DNA of 64,000 nucleotides, taken from positions 558,001 to 622,000 of the forward strand of contig NIVC01000385.1 in the NCBI GenBank assembly GCA_002269645.1. Direction: 5' to 3'. Within the stretch, counting starts at the first letter, position 1. Each line of letters opens with the position of its first letter. The stretch comes from Macrostomum lignano. Lineage: Eukaryota. A program made the position numbers and the translations under genes. Of the stretch, positions 50,144 through 59,898 are shown piece by piece. The notes under the pieces are model-generated. The model saw only the letters and a program-made list of their open reading frames with translations, was not told where the DNA came from and did no database searches.

Positions 50144-53051
50144 TCTATACATATAAAAATCAAAACTCTGTCTGTCTGTCTGTCTGTGTGTGGACAATTT
50201 TGATTGCTATGGACTCCCAAACCGCTCAACCAAATGACACTTTGCACCCACCCTAAACTTATTACGGAGAATGTCTTAGGCTAACTTTTAATTTCCTAGA
50301 CTCAAGTCTTCCTACCTAAAAGTACAAAAAACTGCTCAAAATGCGCGATTTTTTCACTTAATCCTCCATAGCGCCGCTCCACTTCTACCAATTCTCTTCA
50401 AATTTGACACAGACAATCTTCAACTATTTTGACACAATTGTGTAAAATTTCAAATCTTAAAGTTAATCCTAAAAGCTGCTGTGCACTTTTAAAGTTGGGC
50501 TGTTTTTTTTAGTGAGGCAGCCAACCCAACCTCCGCCCGCCTGCCTCTCTTTCCCGATCTGGACAAAGGGTGCAAATAGGTTTTTAAATTACTAACTTTG
50601 GGCTGCCATAAGTTTGCTTCACGTAAAGCGATTGACTTGAAACTTGACACAATTCTTCATTGACTTATTCTCTGTCCAAATATAAAGTCTCAACTCTGTT
50701 TGAGATTGTGTCATAAAGATTCAACCACTGTCCTCACTTCTGTATAAGACAAGTCTGCAGGAGTTAAACAAGGATGGCAAATCAAGGCAATGTGGGATGG
50801 TTTGTAAAAATAGCGAAAAATTAATGAATAACTGATTTCAATGCAATCCTACTAAATTGCTTACACCATGAAAATTTTAACATTAAGATACGAATAAGGT
50901 ACTTGAAAATTTAAATAACCTCCTAAGAAATGTGTATTTCCTTGGTTGTTAGACTGCTGCAGACTATGGTGGTGGAGCTAGAGAATGGAGATACACAAAT
51001 TCCTCTCAGGACTACTAATTGGCCAGAAAGAGCACAAGAAATTATAACAAACATGATAGTACTACGTCCCATAAACTGGCTTTCGAAGCAAGGATCGGCA
51101 GATTTTTATCTCAAAGGCCAGATAAAGAATCAAGCTTATGGCTGCGGGCCAGATGAGAGTGAAAAGGAAAAAGAATAAACTATTAGAAATGGAGGAGGGG
51201 TGAGGGGAGAAGAGAATAGATAGAAGATATCAGGAGAGACGAGGGGGTTGAGGGCAGAGCAGAGAATATGGGAGTCGGGAGGAAGAAGCGAGAGGAGGGA
51301 AGAGAGAAGGGAGATGGAATAGTAGAGGTGAGAAGATGGAGAGAGAAGTGGGGAGAGATGAGACAGAGGATCAATGAGAGAGAGGAAAGTAGAGAAGAGT
51401 GAGAAGAGATAAGAGATGAGAGAACAGAGAGGCAGATGAGAGAGGATCGAGAGGAGAGATTAGAAAGGATAGAGAAGAGAGGAGATAAGAGGGGGATAGA
51501 GGGGAGAGAGAGGAGTGAGAAGAGGAGATAAGAGATGAGAGAGGGAAGAGTGAGAAGATGAGATAAGATATAAGAGATAAGAGAGAGAGAGACAGAGTTG
51601 ATAAAGAAGAGAGGAGAAAGGAGAGATGATAGAGCAAAGGGAAGAGGAGGAGAGAGGAAAGAGATGAGATCGTGGAGATGAGAGAGATGAAAAAAAGATG
51701 ATCGAGAGAGTAGAGATGAGAGATGAAGGAAGAGAGAGCAGAGTGCAGAGAGACGAGAGAAGAGAAGAGGAGAGAGAGTATAGAAGAGGGAAGAGAAGAG
51801 AGGAGTAAGGAAAGAGGGGTGTCAGAAGAGGGAAAAGAGAAAAGTACACAGTAGAGAGAGTAGAGATGACAGAAGAGAGGGGAATGAGAGAGCGAAGATG
51901 AGAGTGAACAGACGATATAAGAGAGGAGAGAGAGTGAGAAAGAAGAGAGAAGACAAGAGAGGGAGAGAGTATAGAAGAGAGAAGTGAAGAGACAAGAAGA
52001 AAGAAGAAAGGATTGAGTCCTCCTGAGTCAAAAAAGAGGAAGGAAAGAGAGGAGTACAAGTGGAGAGAGGTGAGAGAACATATGAGAGTAAAATGCCAGA
52101 TCAGAGAGGGGAGATAAGAGATCAGAACAGACGAGAGATGGGAGAGTAGAGAGAAAAGAGGAGAGATAAGAAATAAGAGATGAGAGGTGCAGACAAGGAA
52201 GAGATGAGAAGTGAGTGAGGAGAGAGGAGGGGAAGGGAGAGAATCGAGAGGACAAGGGAAATTGGTGAAAAGGACGAGTGAGGAGAGGAAAGAGGGGAGA
52301 GATTAGAGAGAAGAGAGATAGGACAGGAGATAGCAGAGAGATGAGAGGAGAGAGAGGGGGGAGAGGAGAGAGAAGATAAAAGAAGAGAAATGAGAGATAA
52401 GATAGCAAAGACGAGAGAGAAGGGAGGTGAGGGAAGAGACAATAGAAGACATGAGAGGAAAGAGTTAAGAGAAGAGAGGAAAAAGGAGAGAGTAGAGATG
52501 AGGAAAGTGTTAAGAGAGGGTATAGTAAGGAGTGAGAAGCGAGGTGAGGGAAGAGAGAGCAGAGAGCAGAGGGAAACGAGAAGAGATAAAAGAGGAGAAA
52601 GGAGATATGAGAGACCAGAGACCAGAGAGAAAAGAGGAGAGGAGAGAGAAAAGAATAGAGGGGAGAGGGAAGAGATGAGAGAAGAGACAAGAGAGGAGAG
52701 AGGACAGAGGAGAGAAGAAAGAAGAGATAAGAGGAGAGAGAGAGAAGAGACAAGAGAGAAGATAGGAAACAGAAAAGAAGATGGAAGTTTCAAAGGATGC
52801 AAAGGACATAGGGAGAGGCAGAGGTAGAGGCCAGAGTTTGCCTGACATTCTGCGTAGCACCCCAGCCAACAATAGCAATGTTTGCCTCAAATCCTAATTT
52901 TACATGAATGTACACTATTTTATGTTTAACTCTAATCCTAACTATTAACAAGTTTTTGTTTGAGTTTGACCTCAGATTTTAGAATACATGCAAAAAAAAT
53001 TCTGGGGAATGGAGTTCCCCGGGTTCAAAATCCGCGGGTTTCAACAGCTTG
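50144..53051 (+). mobile_element. Non-autonomous Helitron-like element, copy 2 (head-to-tail with copy 1)
   Basis: TC start directly after the CTTG of copy 1; same 5' region and 3' hairpin, CTTG|T end; GA-rich cargo at about 51180-52830. Confidence 0.8.
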
Positions 53052-53792
53052 TAGGCCTATAAGATACAGCTCTGCCGTGCACGCAATTCTGAGCTTACGT
53101 GAACGGCTGCCGTGCACGCAAGCTCTTCGTAAAAATTAACGACAAGAAGATAAGGTAAATTGAAGTGAAATAAAAAACTACTGTTAACTGTCGAACTGTC
53201 ACAGTTGTTCTGCACTTCAGGCGAGCCTGAGTTTCAATTCTGCAATCACATGGAATGTCTAAAGCACAATAATTGCATGTATATACGTGTAACAGCTGTA
53301 ACTCCATGCATAAGTTATCTACCTACAGTGCATATTTTAGAAGTTTTTGCTTTCTTTTAAAAGCAGTGACAAAGTTTTTAACGAAAAGAAACTTGGAAGA
53401 AAACCACTAATCAAAACACATTAACATGTACATAAAAAAATTGAACTTTTATGCTCGTAAAGTCTTTTGATTTGCATGTAGCCTTTTTTATTAGTTTAAG
53501 TATCAATTTTGTAAAAATTGCAGTTCATGGTAAAAGTGCACCGATTTTGTAATAGGAAGCCAGCTTGTAGAAAAGTTTGTTTATCAAAAGCTATGCTGCA
53601 AAAGCAGTCAGTTAAAACATTAGCAATTTAATTTACAGTAGTACGTAACTAGGAGTTGGATTATTTGCATCGCTGGATTATTTGCATTGCTGCTCCAAGA
53701 GAAACACAAAAGGAGATCCATCAGGTCTCCTCGGACTTGGCATGCATGTACGAGTACATGCGTGGTTGCTTGGATAATTACAATTTCTGAGT

Positions 53793-56700
53793 CTAAAACT
53801 TTGATGCATAGAAGTCTTGGTATCTTGCAGCCAGAGGGTACTCCGGCACTTCGTGATGTTGATGAAGCTTTGGCCTGTGGCACTGATGGCACAGGTTTAA
53901 GACTTGCTGCTGGTACAGCTGATAAAGATGATGCTGCTGCTGCTGCTGCTGCGGAGCCGGTCCAAAAAGTTGCTGATAGTTGGTGACCATCTTTTTTAGG
54001 CGACTGTTCTCCAGTTCAAGATCTTTCAGTTTCTAAAATCGGAGGCACAGACTTCGTTTAGTTTTAACAAATTTTATTTAAGAAAGAATGCTTTTATATT
54101 GCAAACCGAAAACTTTTACACAACGGGACACATATTAACATATTAACATATTTTGTTTTACTCGTATGAAGTTTCATGAAGATGAAGCCTTATGATTAAA
54201 AATGACAAAAAAATTCTCGATAGTGTCTTCTTCGTCGAAACGACGGCCTTCCAATATTCTTCTTAGAAACGAAGTTCCCGCGTCCTAAGCCGCCGAATCG
54301 AACTCCAAGAAAGATTTCAGCATGACGAGAAACTTCGTTTTGTAGAAAAACTGTAAGACTGGCTTCATGCGAAAATGCACCAGGAAGGTACGACCTATAG
54401 GAATCTTTCTACAAAAATAGCGATAAAAACGATCTTTCAAAACGACATGCTTATTTCGTCGCTCTATTGACTTTTAAAACTTTCTCTCTAATAAGAAGTT
54501 ATTCATAAACTGTTTTATACTTTTAGCTAATGAGATTTTCAAATGACCAAATAGTCTCGCAATTAATTTTTCAGTATTCGATCTGTTTCCACAATAAAAC
54601 ATTTCTGTTGCGCCGAAACATGAAAAGTTTCGATCTCGGTAGCTAGTGCATTTATTCACAGCCAGCCTTCAAAAACTTCCTTAGAAACGAAGTTTCTTAT
54701 CGCCCTTCCCCCTTTTCGAATATCTGCTCAACTCAACTCACGGTCTTCATTTTGGTCTCCTTGGACTTCTTGTTTTCCCGGCACCTTCTGGCTGACAATT
54801 TGTTTCGCTCTCGTCGGTCCTCCATCTTCCGGCGGGCCTCTTCGCTGAGCTGCTCGGCAGAGGGGGGGGGGCAGGGGTGGCAGGATTTAGTGCGAGCTGA
54901 TAGCTCTGTGCATCTAGCCGAATTCGTGTGCGTGAGCAAATCCTAAATTCCTTTGAAATACCCGCATTAACCTTGGGGGAACCCTGGTTACCCCCCGAGA
55001 TAATCATGGTTATACCCTTAGAGAGACCCTGGTTACCCAGCTTAGAGATACCCTGGTTACCCTTAGAGAGACCCTGGTTACCCTTAGAGAGACCCTGGTT
55101 ACCCTTAGAGAGACCCTGGTTACCCTTAGAGAGACCCTGGTTACCCTTAGAGAGAAACCCTGGTTACCCTTAGAGAAACCCTGGTTACCCAGCTTAGAGA
55201 GACCCTGGTTACCCTTAGAGAGAAACCCTGGTTACCCTTAGAGAAACCCTGGTTACCCAGCTTAGAGAGACCCTGGTTACCCTTAGAGAAACCCTGGTTA
55301 CCCAGCTTAGAGAGACCCTGGTTACCCTTAGAGAAACCCTGGTTACCCAGCTTAGAGAGACCCTGGTTACCCTTAGAGAGACCCTGGTTACCCTTAGAGA
55401 AACCCTGGTTACCCTTAGAGATACCCTGGTTACCCTTATAGAGACCCTGGTTACCCTTAGAGAGACCCTGGTTACCCTTAGAGAGACCCTGGTTACCCTT
55501 AGAGAGACCCTGGTTACCCTTAGAGAGACCCTGGTTACCCTTAGAGAGAAACCCTGGTTACCCTTAGAGAAACCCTGGTTACCCAGCTTAGAGAGACCCT
55601 GGTTACCCTTAGAGAAACCCTGGTTACCCAGCTTAGAGAAACCCTGGTTACCCTTAGAGATACCCTGGTTACCCTTATAGAGACCCTGGTTACCCTTAGA
55701 GAGACCCTGGTTACCCTTAGAGAGACCCTGGTTACCCTTAGAGAGACCCTGGTTACCCTTAGAGAGACCCTGGTTACCCCTTGAGATCTCACTGAAAGGA
55801 CTCACCTGCGGCGGCTGTGCCCTGACCGCGGCCAATTCCTTCGGATCAATTTCATCTTTGCCGCTGTTTATTCTGCTAAGGAGTATCTTGCACTTCAGCT
55901 CCTCCATGACCAGCCGCCTGTACTCCTGCTGATGATCTTGGTCGTTCTGCTGCTGCTGTTAAAGTTTTATGTGTACAGATTGTAAGCGCAGTTTGAGCTA
56001 TTCTTTTTCCTGTGTCAGCTGCGTCTCACTGTGTCAGCTGCGTCTCCCTGTGTCAGCTGCGTCTCCCTGTGTCAGCTGCGTCTCCCTGTGTCAGCTGCGT
56101 CTCCCTGTGTCAGCTGCGTCTCCCTGTGTCAGCTGCGTCTCCCTGTGTCAGCTGCGTCTCCCTGTGTCAGCTGCGTCTCTACTACCTGTGTCAGCTGCGT
56201 CTCCCTGTGTCAGCTGCGTCTCCCTGTGTCAGCTGCGTCTCTACTACCTGTGTCAGCTGCGTCTCCCTGTGTCAGCTGCGTCTCCCTGTGTCAGCTGCGT
56301 CTCTACTACCTGTGTCAGCTGCGTCTCCCTGTGTCAGCTGCGTCTCCCTGTGTCAGCTGCGTCTCTACTACCTGTGTCAGTTGGGTCTCTACTCTCTGTG
56401 TCAGTTGGGTCTCTACTCTCTGTGTCAGTTGGGTCTCTACTCTCTGTGTCAGTTGGGTCTCTACTCTCTGTGTCAGTTGGGTCTCCCTGTGTCAGCTGCG
56501 TCTCCCTGTGTCAGCTGCGTCTTCCTGTGTCAGCTGCGTCTCTCTGTGTCAGCTGCGTCTCCCTGTGTCAGCTACGTCTCCCTGTGTCAGCTGCGTCTCC
56601 CTGTGTCAGCTGCGTCTCCCTGTGTCAGCTGCGTCTCCCTGTGTCAGCTGCGTCTCCCTGTGTCAGCTGCGTCTCCCTGTGTTAGCTGCGTCTCCCTGTG

Positions 56701-56848
56701 TCAGCTGCGTCTCCCTGTGTCAGTTGGGTCTCTACTCTCTGTGTCAGTTGGGTCTCTACTCTCTGTGTCAACTTCTACTCCCCTGTCAGTGCCAGATAGA
56801 TTTATGGGTGTATTCTCCCCTAAATAAATGCCAGCAGCTTACCGTCAT
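53793..56848 (-). CDS. ATF3/Fos-like bZIP transcription factor (gene 1, about 167 aa)
   Basis: Exons 56843-56848 (MT, inferred), 55806-55955 (..LVMEELKCKIL.., like ATF3 EELRFAI), 54742-54849 (basic region RRERNKLSARRCR), 53793-54032 (zipper and polyQ). All phase-0 GT-AG junctions. AATAAA at 53487-53492 on the minus strand. Confidence 0.82.
55000..55785. repeat. 21-bp minisatellite (CCCTGGTTACCCTTAGAGAGA)n, bZIP gene 1 intron
   Basis: Direct observation. Confidence 0.95.
56005..56775. repeat. 19-bp minisatellite (CTGTGTCAGCTGCGTCTCC)n, bZIP gene 1 intron
   Basis: Direct observation. Confidence 0.95.
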
Positions 56849-56981
56849 GATGAGATGTGCACCTGAAGAAGCGAAGGATAACACAGTTTCATAAAAATGT
56901 GTTAATTATTCACTATCAGAGTAGCAGCTGTACCAAGCCAATAAGATTGGTTCAACTCAAGCAGCACTTACAACGCTGGGG

Positions 56982-57242
56982 TTTATATAGAGCAGCCGTG
57001 AGCTATTAAAGATCGCCATAGCTGGTAGCATTTATCTCAGTACTAGCCACTAGCGTAAATTAGATGATTGAACGATGCGAAAATGAGGTGGCACGCGGAT
57101 ATGCTTATGCATCCCGTATCAATAATTTTGTAGTTAGCCAACGCCCCCCCTCCAGCCAGCTCACCCGCCGCCGCAGCGCAATTCCGCAGCCACCGGTGAT
57201 TTGATAAGAATGCGGCCGCAAATTTTTTCAGCGATGACGTGT
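56982..57242 (-). promoter_or_regulatory. Putative promoter of bZIP gene 1: TATA box and CRE-like site
   Basis: TATATAAA on the minus strand at 56982-56989, about 135 bp upstream of the ATG; TGACGTGT at 57235-57242. Confidence 0.5.
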
Positions 57243-57499
57243 GGCTGTAAAAATTAGCCAAGCCAAAGCCAGCCGCCATCCACTATTACATGTAGGTGAG
57301 CATGTCATTTTACACTAACAAGGACCCCGATAGATTTCTGCATTCTCTATCAACCGATGTTGTCAACCGGATTAACAGATTTTCTATAATGATAAAACTG
57401 AATTACTTTTTATATTTTGTTGCACAGAACTTAAGATGAGTGTCCGATCCAAGTTAAGCGCTGTTGGTCCTGGCTAGTATAGGAAGTCATTAAGCTTTA

Positions 57500-57800
57500 G
57501 CTGTGCTTCTGTGCGACCTCTAATACAGTCTCAGCAGCTCGGCGGTGTTCGACTTCAACACAAGGACCACTAGGATTTGCAAGAAAATTGGATCAGTGTG
57601 TTGTTGTTGTGCAATTCGAAACTCCTACATGTACAGGCACAGAAATTGTACACAATACACAATCTGACGATTAGAAAGTCAGGACCGCTGTACACCCTGT
57701 GTGAGCGTGTGCATGAGTGCCTGTCTGCGTACAGCATTGGCGCGCTTGCATGTGCTCAGGAGTCTGCGGAATGGGCAGAATTGCCTCAGCGTGTGGTTGC
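57500..57800 (+). mobile_element. Diverged SINE related to family A
   Basis: B-box-like GTTCGACTTC, then CCGCTGTACACCCTGTGTGAG...GCGCGCTTG...GCGGAATGGGCAG homologous to the family A body. Confidence 0.6.
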
Positions 57801-57904
57801 CGAAGGCGTTACGCCAAGTTCTTGCCTAAAATGCTACCGGTCAGCAGGAAAACTACCGGCGAAGTTTCAGCAGTCCCTGACTCTGCATGGCGTGCATTTT
57901 TTTC

Positions 57905-58515
57905 TGGCTCAGATGTTTTTCTACCGGATTTGTCTATGGCGCAACCCCATTTGCACATGAAACCCGGATTTGTCTATGGCGCAACCGGCCATTTGCACAT
58001 GAAACCCGGATTTGTCTATGGCGCAACCCCATTTGCACATGAAACCCGGATTTGTCTATGGCGCAACCGGCCATTTGCACATGAAACCCGGATTTGTCTA
58101 TGGCGCAACCCCATTTGCACATGAAACCCGGATTTGTCTATGGCGCAACCGGCCATTTGCACATGAAACCCGGATTTATCTATGGCGCAACCCAATTTGC
58201 ACATGAAACTCTGATTTGTCTATGGCGTAACCCCATTTGCACATGAAACCCGGATTTATCTATGACGCAACCCCATTTGCACATGAAACCCGGATTTGTC
58301 TATGGCGCAACCGGCCATTTGCACATGAAACCCGGATTTGTTTATGGCGCAACCCCATTTGCACATGAAACCCGGATTTGTTTATGGCGCAACCCCATTT
58401 GCACATGAAACCCTGATTTGTCTATGGCGAAACCTCATTTGCACATGAAACCCGGATTTGTCTATGGCGCAACCTCATTTGTAGATGAAACCCGGATTTG
58501 TCTATGGCGAAACCC
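57905..58515. repeat. 40/42-bp alternating minisatellite
   Basis: CCGGATTTGTCTATGGCGCAACCCCATTTGCACATGAAAC alternating with an AACCGGCCATTT variant. Confidence 0.92.
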
Positions 58516-59199
58516 CAACCCCGTTTGCCCATGTGCAAAAAAGCAAATCTGTTTTAGAAAGCCAAACTGTCTATTTTTTAGCTTTGCCGCTTCTTGAGAA
58601 TATTTTTCAAACTTTTCTTGAAACACTTGCGCATCAAACTCGGAAAAAAACATGTCATGGGGAACTCGAAAGTGAGTGCAGAAAGTGGGAAATCACGCAT
58701 TGGGAGTCAAGCTAATTTTCCTCTCATCTCATCAAAAAAGAATAAAAAGCCGCACTCATAAACAACTGTTTAGAGCAGCAATTTCAAATGCAGGAAAGCG
58801 ATCTGAGATGTACTTTTATTAAACAGTACAGGGAGTACTCTATCAGGCGGAACACACAGTTGACAATAATTCGAAAAAGCAAATCCTTTAATTAGAGAAT
58901 AAAAAATGACAATGGCTGATCTCACATGATTTTGCAGAATGAATGCTACTAGATTTACTATTCTGCACATTGAATCACAGTTATTGGCATTGATTTTGGA
59001 TATCTATTTTTTATTCATCTCTGTACAGCAGAAAAAAATCAATATTGAACTTCGCTCTGTTAATAACTGCAGACTGTAAAGGCACTTCGACGTGCTGTGT
59101 TGTTGCGGATGGAAACCAGCACCATAGCAACGAGTGTTTACCACCCTGGAAACACCTTGAGAAACTTATTAAATGACTGAAGATTTTGGCTCGGAGTTA

Positions 59200-59898
59200 G
59201 ACTGGATTGGGATCATGATCAGAAGCGTGCTCTGGCTGGGATCAGGGATGGGATCAAAGCTAGCATCATGGCTATGGTCATAGTTAAGATCATTGAGCTG
59301 GGATCATTTAGCTGGCATTAAAGCTGGGATCAAAGCTGGGATCTAGCTGGGATCAAAGCTGGAATCGTAGTCAAGATCTAGCTGGAATCTAGCTGGGATC
59401 ATAGGGATCTACCTGGGATCTAGCTGGGATCATATCTGGGATCTAGCTTGGATCAAATCAGGGATGTAGCTGGGATCTAGCTTGGATCAAATCAGGGATG
59501 TAGCTGGGATCATAATAGGGATCTAGCTGGGATCATAGTCGGGATCTAACTGGGATCATAGCTGGGATATAGCTGGGATCATAGCTGGGATCTAGCTGGG
59601 ATCATAGCTGGGATCTAGCTGGGATCTAGCTGGGATCTAGCTGGGATCTAACTGGGATCATAGCTGGGATATAGCTGGGATCATAGCTGGGATCTAGCTG
59701 GGATCTAGCTGGGATCATAGCTGGGATCTAGCTGGGATCTAGCTGGGATCATAGCTGGGATCTAGCTGGGATCTAGCTGGGATCATAGCTGGGATGTAGC
59801 TGGGATCATAGTCGGGATCTAGCTGGGATCATAGTCGGGATATAGCTGGGATCATAGCTGGGATATAGCTACGATCTAGCTGGGATCTAGCTGGGATT
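59200..59898. repeat. 11/12-bp minisatellite (GATCTAGCTGG / GATCATAGCTGG)
   Basis: Direct observation; overlaps the last codons of bZIP gene 2. Confidence 0.93.

Noticed and set aside
48415-52890. Ser/Leu-rich and Arg/Glu-rich ORFs
   Set aside because: Low-complexity translations of the GA-rich Helitron cargo.
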